This document shows, one piece after another, positions 16,956-31,294 of a DNA stretch of 32,000 nucleotides (position 1 is the stretch's first letter; each line of letters begins with the position of its first letter). This stretch comes from Mycoplasmoides pneumoniae FH (GTDB lineage: Bacteria; Bacillota_I; Bacilli_A; Mycoplasmatales; Mycoplasmoidaceae). A model generated the notes under the pieces. That model was not told where the DNA came from. It ran no database searches and saw nothing but the letters and a program-made list of their open reading frames with translations. Location of the stretch: contig NZ_CP010546.1 of NCBI RefSeq assembly GCF_001272835.1, positions 602,809 to 634,808 of the forward strand. Direction: 5' to 3'. A program made the position numbers and the translations under genes.

Positions 16956-18860
16956 TTACTGTTGATTTAACTTCAACAGTTGGTAGTGTAAATAACTCGC
17001 TAAATCCACTACTGGCGGCTTTGTGGACTCGGTACGTAGTTCTAAGTTATGGAGGTTTTGTGACTTAATTAATTCCATGAATTCTGGCTCTTGCACCGTA
17101 ATTTTTTCTCACACATGGAGCTTAAATAACAGCTGTTGCTTTTGATCATCAAACTGGAACAACGAACCTGGGTAATCGGGCTTTTGGACAATCTCTCAAC
17201 TTAAATCACCATCAACAATAAATTTTAAATTCAATTTACCCTTTCACTCTCCGGGAATACCAGAAAACTTGGCAATAATGGCTTCTAATCAACTTAATTT
17301 GTAATTACCTTGATATTCAATGTCAATCTCAAAGCGGAAGTTGTAAGGTTTGTCTTGATTTCGCTTAATACCGATATCTTTGTTCCATTTAATGGTAGGA
17401 CTTATCTTTGAATCAGTTACCTTTAAGCTCTTTATGTCTAAGTTAATCTTGGCCTTTTCCCCTAGCTGTTTACGCAACCATTCCGACATAAAGATGCCCT
17501 TTAAACCAGATTGGGGAAAGGCGATACCTTGTGTACCAAAAGCAGTTTTAGCAGCCTCACTTTGATCTTCTTGGTCATTTGGGTAATAATTGCTAATACC
17601 GTCCTGGAAGTTCTTAATCAAAAAGGCAAAGGTCTTATTTTGTTCTTTGGCAAAGGAAAGTTTTAAAGCTTCTAACAGCTGCTTTTTATCGGTAACATCT
17701 TTCTTTTGCTTTTGCCAGTATTCTTTAAAGGCTTGCACTGACTCAAGCGATTTGCTTACTTCTGCTAGCTATTCAGCTTCCTTTTGTTTTTGTTTTAATT
17801 CTTCGAGCTGTTTTTGGCGTTGCTCCTCTAAGACTTTTTGGTGTGCTTGGTGTTCCGCTAGTGCCTTTTGCCGTGCTTCAATGAACGGTTTTAAAACAGT
17901 TGCTTCAAACCTTGATTCAGCCTCTTTTAGCACGGTTTGATCCAAAACTGACTTGGTTAAATTAGCTTGGGTGGTAAATAAATTATCACCAACAGCTGCT
18001 TTTGCTACAGTTGTTAAATCATTGTTATTACCCAACACTAACCGCTTGACCGTTGGCTTTCAAAAAAGTTGTGTAGTTAAGTTCTGGCCACGTAAAACCA
18101 AGCTGTCTTGCAATTCCTGTAAGTTAGCAAAATTAGTGGTCATTGCCTTAACTGAAAAAGCTAAGTTGGTTGTACTGTTTACACCCGTATAAACTGTTTC
18201 AAAATCTCATTGGATTACGAAGCTGTAACGCATCTTGTAGCGCTTCACAATGTCCGGTTGTTTTTCTAGTTTCAGATCAAACTGCTTTAACGCAATGCTT
18301 TGAAGTTTGTATTGTTGCAAAACTGTCGTAATATTCTCAGTCACATTTAAACCCTTAGGGGTTAATTGAGGAAAGAAATCACTACCCAAAATGGTAAACA
18401 GCTGTTCGGGTACTTGGGGCAATTGAAATGCCTCGTGCACCGGAAAAACGGCATTTGCTAGTAATACCTTTGCATTTAAGTCATTAATTAACTTAACGGT
18501 ATCACGCGTACTTTGTTCCAATCCACTCAACAGGTTGTAAACATCAATCACACCCAACTGTTGTGGGTTAAGCGAATTGTCCTTAAACTTAGTTTGCAAC
18601 TGTTCAAAGTTAGCCTTTCAGTTAGTGTGTTTGGTGGTGTAATCCAGGTCAGCTTGACTAATACCAGAATTAAATTGCAACTGGTAGCGGTTGCTTTGGT
18701 TTTGTTCAAAGCGTTGGTTGCTTAAGGTAAAGTCACTAACTGACTGGTTTGTTTTTTCAGTTAAAGTCGGTCAAACAACGATAGCTAGAGTAGTTGTTAA
18801 ACCAGCTAAGCTTAACGATAACGTTTTGAGAAGTAAACGTTTCTTTTTAATTAATTTCAA
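16956..18860 (-). pseudogene. Paralog D, interrupted by a single in-frame TAG (363-codon N-terminal part 17769..18860; the remainder runs to TAA at 16956-16958)
   Basis: A single frame runs from TTG 18860 to TAA 16956-16958. I translated 18860-18600, 18206-18039, 17768-17739 and 17288-16956. The only non-TGA stop is TAG at 17769-17771 (...ELKQKQKEAE*LAEVSKSLESVQAFKEYWQKQKK...). Family motifs continue in the same frame after it. Confidence 0.85.
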
Positions 18861-18952
18861 GTTTGGTTAAAAACGGTTTAACCAAATAGTTAAATTACTA
18901 ACCGAAATGAATTAAAGCAACTACAACAACAGAAAAATTTAATGCGTTAATA

Positions 18953-18958
18953 ATTGTA
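18953..18958 (-). promoter_or_regulatory. Candidate -10 box (TACAAT on the minus strand) for paralog D
   Basis: It occupies the conserved position in the shared upstream block. T5 follows it on the plus strand. Confidence 0.3.
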
Positions 18959-19010
18959 GTTTTTGTACTTTACTGTGTTGACAATCAACTGTTAAAAACA
19001 AATAATACTG

Positions 19011-20342
19011 TTAGCTTTTATCGATTTGTTGCACCAGCCAGTCTTTGATTTCGCCATAATAACTAGAGATACTGCGCACTAGTGCTTGACCCACTTTTAA
19101 ACTTTTAATTTCACTAGCACAGGTAATATCAACCCCATACAGGTTAGCCACTTCTTCTGCTTCCATCATGTCAATTAAGCGGTGGGCAATTAGGGTACTG
19201 GTGTTGTTAATAATCTGTGATTTAAAGTTATCACCACCAATATTGCGCAGGTTAGCAAATGATTGATAGGACAGGATAACTACAGTATTGAACGAGCGGA
19301 CTTGCTCCAATACCACCCCCACATAGTGGCTCCCAAAATTACCAAATTCATCAGCAATAAAAAAGGTCGAGTTATCACTCGTTTCTTCCAAACTCGTAAT
19401 TGTTTGGCCAAAATCCAAAAAGATTAACTTGCCCAAGTACTTGGCATTAATCATGTCGTACATGCTGCTAATGGAAAACAAAACAGCATCTTGGCAGTTT
19501 GATAATATCTATCAATCCCACACCATTAGAATCGATTGAACCAATTTCCGCTAGTTCCCTGAGGTTTTCTCTTAAATTTTCAAAGTCCTTTGTGTCAATG
19601 GTTTGAACATGCTCCGTATAGTATTCATCAATTTTTTCTACAAAAATTTGATTGGAAGGTTGAAAGCGACCTTTTTCTTTCATTTCTAAAATTTCTTTTC
19701 GGCGTTTTTCTTTGTGAATTTTTTTAAACAAACTGGGTTCAAATTTAGCAAAAATATCAAAGTCACGTAGTAATACTTCATTTGTCCTTTGCTACAGTAA
19801 CGCGCTAAATTCTTAAAACTCAAATTGTGGGGACCTTCCTTTGCAATTACTAAAGGTACTAAAACTTGCAAAATGGCCTTCTTATTACGTCAATAATAAG
19901 CACTGTCCTTGGTGTTTTCCACCATATCGTTATAACCAAACATTTCCAAGATTAAAGTAATGATTTGTTTGGGTGTTTTTTACTTAAACGGGTTGTACTT
20001 AATCGTGGCAATTCTGTCATCTAAGCTCCAAATTTTGGCACTAGTATTTTTGAGTGCCACTAACTTAACCGTATCAAAACCGTCTTCGGGACTTAGTTGT
20101 TTGGCGCTCGTTTGGTAGTGTTCAAACTGGGTAATTAATTCCTTATCACCCTTACCATTCACAAAAATTAAGGGATGGTCGTTGTCAATTGCATACTTCA
20201 AAAAGTGCAGCAAGATATTGGACTTACCAAAACCACTCACACCTAGTACCGAGACGTGCTGGGGGAGCTTTTCCAGTTCCAAAAAACACTCCTCGTTTAA
20301 AAAGATTTTCTTACCAGTCTGGTTATTGATGTCCTGTTCCAT
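19011..20342 (-). pseudogene. Decayed VirD4/TraG/TraD-like type IV coupling-protein ATPase (P-loop NTPase), with no N-terminal transmembrane region
   Basis: Four ORF pieces are present. Piece 19980..20342 carries the Walker A context HVSVLGVSGFGKSNILLHFLKYAIDNDHPLIFVNGKGDKEL and IWSLDDRIATIKYNPFK, and ends at a true TAA (19980-19982). The same frame then continues (KTPKQIITLILEMFGYNDMVENTKDSAYYWRNKKAILQVLVPLVIAKEG...). The coding signal shifts frame near 19785-19795 and again near 19485-19510. The last piece, 19011..19481, has Walker B TFFIADEFGNF and the motif VVILSYQSFANL...NTSTLIAHRLIDMMEAEEVANLYG, typical of coupling proteins. Confidence 0.7.
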
Positions 20343-20450
20343 TACTAAAAAATAATTTGTACTGCAACTTCAAAGTTAACTTATTCTAATTTTGCTAGAT
20401 CATTGATTTCATTCACAGTTTCCCAACTTAGTTTTCACTGTTCAAACAAT

Positions 20451-20478
20451 TAAAAAAGCACCAGCTAGTGCCAGTGCT
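20451..20478 (-). terminator. Rho-independent terminator of rpoC
   Basis: The minus-strand RNA reads agcacugg-cacuag-cuggugcu, an 8-bp stem including two G-U pairs (20457-20478), followed by uuuuuu (plus-strand A6 at 20452-20457). It starts about 25 nt after the rpoC stop. Confidence 0.7.
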
Positions 20479-20503
20479 TCTTTAATCGATAGTTTAGTGG
20501 TTT

Positions 20504-23500
20504 TTAATACTCCTCTTGAACCGTTTTGGCACCGAGGTAGGCCAATTCTTCATCGGTTAAAAACCCAGTACCAGCCGGGATCTTACCCCCAATGATCACG
20601 TTTTCTTTCAACCCTAAGAGGTAGTCAACTTGGGTTTTTACCGCAGCATCGGTCAAGATCTTCTTGGTGTCTTGGAAGGATGCGGCACTCAAGAAGGAGT
20701 TCGACTTGCTGGCCGCCTCATCGATCCCAAACACCTGGTTAATGGCAATCACTGGCATCTTCCCCGACAGCAACAAGCTCTTGTTGAGTTCATTGAGGTG
20801 GTGACTGTGTACCAGTTGACCCACAAACAGGTTACTGCTGCCAGCATCGGTTACTTGGAGTAAGCTCGTCAACTGGCGGATAATAATTTCGACATACTTA
20901 TCAGCAATCTCAATCCCCTGAATACGGTACACCTTTTGGATTTCGACAATCATGTACTGGCGTACCCGTTGGATCCCAGCAACCCGTAATAACTGGCGAA
21001 TGTCAATCGAACCTTCGGTAATCTTCGAACCTAGTTCTACTGCATCACCGACCTTGACACGCAGTTGCGCACTAAACGGAATCGAGTAAGTGCGTTCATC
21101 GACACTAGATTCAATCAACACTTCCTGCGCGTTTTGGGTGGTAGTAATCGATTTAACTACCCCCTTAACTTCAGAAATGACACAGCGCTCGTAATCCTTA
21201 GGGGCGACTACTTCAAAGATTTGCTTTAAACGTTCAAACCCTTGGGCCAAGTTGTTTTCGGTCGAAACCCCCCCGGTGTGGAAGGTACGCATCGTTAACT
21301 GGGTTCCTGGTTCACCGATCGATTGCGCTGCAATTACACCCACAGCGGTACCCAATTCCACCAGTTTGCCGGTGGACAAATCGACCCCGAAACAGTACTG
21401 ACACACGCCGTTTTCGCGTTCACAGTAAATCACAGAGCGCACTAACACTTGTTTAATCGAAGTGGCACAAATTTGCTTGGCTAACTCTTGGGTAATTAGG
21501 CTGTTAGCAGGGACAATTTCCGCCTTGGTTTCGGGATCTAAAATTGGTCCAATCGTGTAACGGTTGACAATGCGGTCAAACAGTGATTCCACCAACGAAC
21601 GGGTTTTGGTTTCCACAATTGCTTCGACCACAATTCCCTTGCGTGTACCACATTCATCGTGGTTAATAATCAATTCGTGGGTTGCATCCACCAGTTTACG
21701 GGTCATGTAACCAGACTTAGCCGTTTTCATGGCGGTATCGGTCATCCCCTTACGCGCCCCATAAGATGAGTTGAAGTACTCGTTAATCGTTAAACCTTCC
21801 AGGAAGGAGTGCTTAATAGGAACCTCAATCGTGTCCTTAATAATTTTGGACTGGTTGTTGCGTTCATAGTTAAAGCTCTTACTCATTAACCCCCGCATCC
21901 CAAACAGCTGGGTAAAGTTGGAGATATTACCCCGCGCCCCGGAATCGGCCATGACAACAATCGAGTTATCACGGTACTCTTCACGTTTAATTAAGTCCTG
22001 GATCTCACTCGACACCTTTTCCTTCACACCGTTTCACAGTTTCACCACCCGTTTATACCGTTCATCATCGGTCAGTAAACCCTTGTTGTAAAACTGCTTG
22101 TACTTCAAGACCTGTTGGTCCGCTTCATCAAAGTACTGCTGTTTGTTGGAGTACTTCGGAATATCAAACACCGATACAGTGGTGGAAGAGTGGGTCGAGT
22201 ACTTAAAGCCTAAGGCCTTAATGTTGTCCAAGATCCGTGGTAGATCCTTAAATTCAACCACCGTGTAAAGTAAGTCAATTAACTTGGAGATGACCTTCTT
22301 ACCAAAGGCAGGGAGCACTTGGTGTGCGGCAATCGCAGCACGCACATCACCACTTGGTGGTACTATGAACTTTTGCGGACACGCATGTTCATCAAATTCC
22401 CCTTCATTAATGTAAGGGATGTTGTCCCCTAACACATCGTTAAAGATAATCTTACCAACCGTAGTGATTAGAGTACCTTGAGCTTCAAAGTGCTTGTTTG
22501 GAAAGGCTTTGGTGCTAATGCCGACAATGGCGTGGAGGTGCACCTTGCCCGCTTCGTATGCCGCGCGGGCTTCATGCACGGTACCAAAGATGATGCCTTC
22601 ACCCGTTTGACCCTTACGCTCAGTAGTGAGGTAATAGTTACCTAACACCATGTCCTGGGTTGGGGTGACAATTGGCCGGCCATCTTTTAGTCCCAAGATG
22701 TGCTTGGAAGCTAACAGAATAGCACGCGCTTCGTTAACGGCATTTTCGCTCAACGGAACGTGCACCGCCATCTGGTCACCGTCAAAGTCAGCGTTAAAAG
22801 CAGTGGTCACTAACGGGTGTAGGCGAATCGCTTTCCCATCGACAATCCGCGGTTCAAAGGCCTGTATTCCCAAACGGTGCAAAGTAGGTGCCCGGTTTAA
22901 TAACACCGGACGGTCCTTAATGACATCATACACAATCCCCCAGATCAGGTCGTCCTGATTTTTAATCATGTCCTCCGCTTGCCGAATCGAGGACGCAATT
23001 GGTCTAATTTCGTTACCGTTGCTGTCAAACTTATTAATTAACCCGTGAATAATAAATGGTTTGAACAGCTTGAGGATCATTAATGCTGGAATCCCGACCT
23101 CATACATCTTTAGTTCTGGACCCACCACAATTACACTCCGACCAGAATAGTCCACCCGTTTACCTAAAAGGTTGTGACGGAACAACCCTTGTTTCCCTTT
23201 TAAGCGGTCGGTGAGTGACTTCAAGGAACGTTTGTCTTTGGATAACGCTGGCTTGTGGCGCGACGAGTTGTCAAACAAGGCATCAACTGATTCTTGTAAC
23301 AAGCGCTTTTCGTTGTTAACCACAATGGCAGGTACGGTACCATCTTCCAAGATGCGGCGTAAACGGTCGTTACGGATAATTACCCTTCTGTAGAAGTTAT
23401 TAATGTCACTGGTGGTAAATTTAGCACCATCTAACTGGATAATCGGCCGGATGTCTGGCGGGATCACTGGCACCGTGTGCAGGATCATGTTTTTCGGGTG

Positions 23501-24376
23501 CAGCTTCGAATTTCTAAACCAGCTAATTGTTTCCAATTGACGCAAGATCTTTTTAACCTTAGCATACTCAACACTATCCTTCTTAGCCTTCCGTAACGCA
23601 TCATTGAGCTTACTAAACTCATAGTTAAGGTCAATCTTGTTGAGCAATTCTAAGATGGCTTCAGCCCCGATACCAACGCGGAAGCCAGTGTACTTCTTAA
23701 TGTAGTTAAAGGCATCATTTAAGGAGAACGGTAACGAACTGTTCTTTAAGCTTTCATAAAAGATCTTCCCCTTGCGGTAGTCTTCGCTACTCCTGTTCTT
23801 AATCAGGTTCCGGAAGATGTAACCGATCACCCGGCGCATTTTTTGCCGCGTGGTTAAAGAACCCTTGCCTGCTAAGTCCAACACTTCCTTAAACTTAAAC
23901 GGCATGATCTTGGGATCTTTGATCTTCCCAGTATCTAATACTATGTAGTTAACAAAGTACAAGACCTGTTCCACTTCCTTATAAGAGATGTTTAACACTA
24001 AGGAGATCTTGGAAGGGGAAGGCAGTTCCTTCGACATCCAGATGTGCGCTACCGGACTGACTAGGGCAATGTGGCCCATACGTTCCCGGCGCACAATTGA
24101 TTCGGTTACCCAAACACCACAGCGATCACAGCGCACGCCACGGTACTTAATCTTCTTAAACTTCCCACAAGCACACTCATAGTCCTTCACTGGACCAAAA
24201 ATGGCTTCATCAAACAAACCACCAGGTTCGGGTTTTAAGGACTTATAGTTAATCGTTTCCGCCTTGGTAACTTCCCCTTCGGATCAGTTTAGGATCGTGT
24301 CGTTGGAAGCAATCGAAAGCTTAATTGCCTTAATGTTCTTGTACAGCTTGTTGTTCTTTTTATTACGCTTTGTCAT
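20504..24376 (-). CDS. rpoC: DNA-directed RNA polymerase subunit beta' (1290 aa under table 4)
   Basis: Track ORFs 20504..22027 and 22034..24217 share a frame and are joined by one TGA (VVKLWNGVKEK). The N-terminus extends through one TGA to ATG 24376 (MTKRNKKNNKLYKNIKAIKLSIASNDTILNWSEGEVTK...). It has the zinc-binding motif YECACGKFKKIKYRGVRCDRCGV, the catalytic motif NADFDGDQM, and conserved C-terminal blocks. Confidence 0.97.
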
Positions 24377-24379
24377 TAA

Positions 24380-28555
<4,176 letters not shown>

Positions 28556-28647
28556 TCGTGTACAAAAAAGGGCTAAAAATAACAGTAAAAAGCCACTAAC
28601 AGCGACAAAAGGGCCGCATGCTAATGGGCTTTGTAAAGTTTGCTACA

Positions 28648-29148
28648 TTATATCAATTTTTGTACGTCAGTGATAAATGGCTGAAAATCAAAGCCATCAT
28701 GATAGCCATTTACTAACACGGCTCCCTTAACGTTGAGACCACTAAAACTAAAGAATTTAGTGAGTAGTTCCAGCACTGTCTTACCACCACTCTTAGCTGC
28801 AGGAGTGACACAGCAAATAATTCCATCAAGCTCCTTTAAAAACTGGTTTTTACCGTATTGGGTATCGCGGGTCATCCAGTCGATTGTGTTTTTAGCAAAG
28901 GCAGGGACAAAACCGTTGTGTTCTGGAGTGACAAAAATTAGCGTTTTGTGATCGTGTAGTTTGCGCACTAAACTCTTAATTTTTTCGGGAAAATGATCCT
29001 TTTCCAAATCTTCACAATAAAAATCCACTTGGTAGTCAACTAGTTCAATTAATTCAGCATTGAGTTGTTGTTCCAAAGCTTTAGCAAACTTCCGGTTAAT
29101 TGAATTTTTGGAGTTAGCTAACAATAAGATTAACGGTTTGGTACTCAT
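28648..29148 (-). CDS. Flavodoxin-fold protein, NAD(P)H-dependent FMN reductase-like (166 aa)
   Basis: The ORF is uninterrupted. The N-terminal [20 protein letters not shown] resembles the flavin phosphate-binding loop (GSxRxxSxN-like). [22 protein letters not shown] is typical of this family. Confidence 0.65.
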   Translation of the reverse strand: MSTKPLILLLANSKNSINRKFAKALEQQLNAELIELVDYQVDFYCEDLEKDHFPEKIKSLVRKLHDHKTLIFVTPEHNGFVPAFAKNTIDWMTRDTQYGKNQFLKELDGIICCVTPAAKSGGKTVLELLTKFFSFSGLNVKGAVLVNGYHDGFDFQPFITDVQKLI

Positions 29149-29211
29149 TTTTTTATCTTTGATCCTATTTATATAAAAGAAAATTGTTAATTAAAGCGGA
29201 GAAAACTTAAT

Positions 29212-29943
29212 TTAATTTTTAGTTTTCTTTTTTGCAACCAATTTCGCTTTAGCAACCCACTCCTCATTACTTTTCCTTAATTCTTGAGCTTTTCTTTCTT
29301 TGATCAACTTAATAAGTTCATTGATTTTTGCTTGTGCTTTTTCCTTATAAAACTCATCAGTAGCTCTTCTAACAGCTTGCAGTTATTCTCTTTTATCGTG
29401 ATCAAAGGTGGTATATCATTCTGAGTCCAACTCTAATAAAGCGTCTTTTTTAGCAGAAGCTAGTCGTTCTTTAGCTTCTTTGGCATTTCAATGATCTTCT
29501 GATGGTAGTTTGGTGTCCATTGAAGATTTAAGGTACTTTTTTAATTCTTTGAGATGCTTCTTATCTTCGTTCTCTGATCATTTTTTAATGCTTTTTAAAT
29601 GCTTAATTAAATCTTTAGACTGATCGTCTTCTTTAAAGCTTCCTCCCTTTCTTAGACTTTTGAATAAACCTTCTATTCTATCCAATACCTCTTCTTTATG
29701 ATCATCCTCTAAGTTTTCCTCTAAATTTTTCTTAAATAAGAATTGAAAACAATAAACATCTTTTTTTATTAGTTTCACAACTACCAAAACTTTCACAGCT
29801 AAATTTATCAGTGTCTCACTTTTTTAATTCTTCTTTCGTTTTTAATTCAATTTCTTGAATTCTTTTTTTTGTTTTGCTTGTTCTTCTTTAGCTGCACACC
29901 CTCGGAAAAACTTATTAATCTCATCTCTCTTTGAGTTTTCCAT
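29212..29943 (-). pseudogene. Lys/Glu-rich hypothetical reading frame, apparently disrupted (in-frame TAA codons and possible homopolymer frameshifts)
   Basis: ATG 29943, track ORF 29578..29796 and the terminal TAA at 29212-29214 are all in one frame. That frame contains TAA at 29842-29844, 29824-29826 and 29383-29385. Between T8 (29863-29870) and T7 (29761-29767) a different frame is open (RIQEIELKTKEELKKWDTDKF...). The downstream part reads ...DSEWYTTFDHDKRE*LQAVRRATDEFYKEKAQAKINELIKLIKERKAQELRKSNEEWVAKAKL. Confidence 0.4.
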
Positions 29944-30245
29944 TTTTTTCAATATAAAACAAAAGAGCACTCCACTAATGTGAAACGCTCAATTGTTAGA
30001 GGCAAATACTTATACCTCTAAATCTTTTGAACAGATTTCTATTAATCTATATGCTTGAGAAAGATATGGATAGGGTCTCAAGAAAAGAACATCTGAATAA
30101 TAAAGCTTTGAAGTTTTAAACTTCTTAAACCCTATATTCATTTTTTTCAGAAACTCTTTCCAAATTCTTTTCTTAACCACTTTATTTTTAGTGCTTCAGA
30201 TATCACAAATAAAGCTAATACGCTTTCAAAGTTAATGCTTTTAGT

Positions 30246-31292
30246 TTACTTTTCAATAAAGAAACAAGACTCGTATTGCTTGATGTCACCTATTAGAGTA
30301 TTAGTGCTTACGGTGGTTAAACCAACGTTTTGATCTTTATTGGCCTCTAATAAACAGATGCAATTATTGTCATAGTTGTAACCCTTCATTACTTCAACAA
30401 TAAAATAGGCATCTTGTTTAATCACAATTGCATTAACTTGTAAAGTGCTAGCTTCTTGGGCAAACACTTGCAAGTTTTCAAAATACAGCAATAATTGTCC
30501 CGCAAAGTTAATAAAGGCTTGCTTTCAAATGGTATTGTTATCTATTTGTAAGTGGTGCTTAATACTCTCCAAGTTTTTGAGTAAATACTTGTGTGGTACG
30601 TTGAAGTGCACATCAATGTCTAAGTTATTTTCAGTATTAAAGCGTTCTTTGAAACTGGTAAAGCTCAGGTCAAAACTGTTACTGTTAGCCATAGAAGTGC
30701 CAAAAGCAAACTGTGAATTTAACTCGACAAAGAAAAGGTTATTCTTTGTTTTTTGCTTGCGCTTTTGGTGGTTCCAAGTATTAAAAAACTTCTTTTCAAA
30801 GTTTTTGCGGCAATAACGTTTGTACTGATAACCGTGCTTTTTAATGATTTTAACGATTTCATAAGAAAGCTTTGTTCGCTTATTTTCAAACGGAGAATTA
30901 ACTAGTAAAACCACTAATTTCAGCCCGGAAAACTGTTTAACTGCTTCTAACAGCTTTTTAATTTCTGTTTCTGTTTGTTTGGTTTTTTCGACCAACATAA
31001 ACACTGTTTCCGCTTCTTTATGTAACCTAATCGCTAAACCAAAACCACTTAATAAGTTATTGTCAAAACTTAAAAAGCGAAAGTGATCAAAGAAAACGTG
31101 TTGGTAAACTGTTTGACTCGCTGATGGTACTAATAAGTATTTAATCTGATTCGACTTAACTAGGTGATTGACAAAATCTAAGTATTCTAAAGCGGAAAGT
31201 AATCCCACTTTATTGGTGTTTTGAAAGCAATCGTAAGCTAAAAGTCTTTGCTCATTCACCAAGGTTTGCTCGTTAATGGTTGTTTGTGCCAT
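30246..31292 (-). CDS. Hypothetical protein (348 aa under table 4)
   Basis: Track ORFs 30525..31292 and 30246..30491 share a frame and are joined through one TGA ([20 protein letters not shown]). ATG 31292 lies 2 nt after the stop of the upstream hydrolase gene, which suggests an operon. It ends at a TAA stop. I do not recognise a family. Confidence 0.7.
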
Positions 31293-31294
31293 AC

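Noticed and set aside
11201-18192. Plus-strand ORFs opposite the paralog array (11201..11428, 13581..13814, 15883..16104, 17590..17940, 17953..18192 and others).
   Set aside because: They are antisense to the charged coiled-coil or conserved segments of the paralogs. Their products are low-complexity Ser/Leu/Phe-rich and they have no start or termination signals.
10576-18860. Calling the four tandem paralogs lipoproteins on the basis of their hydrophobic N-termini.
   Set aside because: Only paralog A has a Cys in the signal region (LLAFC, with an atypical -1 Phe). B, C and D have none, so a lipobox cannot be supported. They are described as signal- or anchor-bearing proteins instead.
28556-28647. 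A search for the rpoB promoter and for the terminator of the reductase-like gene in the 92-nt intergenic region.
   Set aside because: Only 4-bp stems and no convincing TAnAAT hexamer could be identified by eye, so no call is made.
29996-30021. Hairpin tagagg-caaatacttata-cctcta, considered as a possible terminator or small RNA.
   Set aside because: The stem is 6 bp with no flanking T-run on either strand, and it lies inside the decayed reading frame. That is too weak to call.
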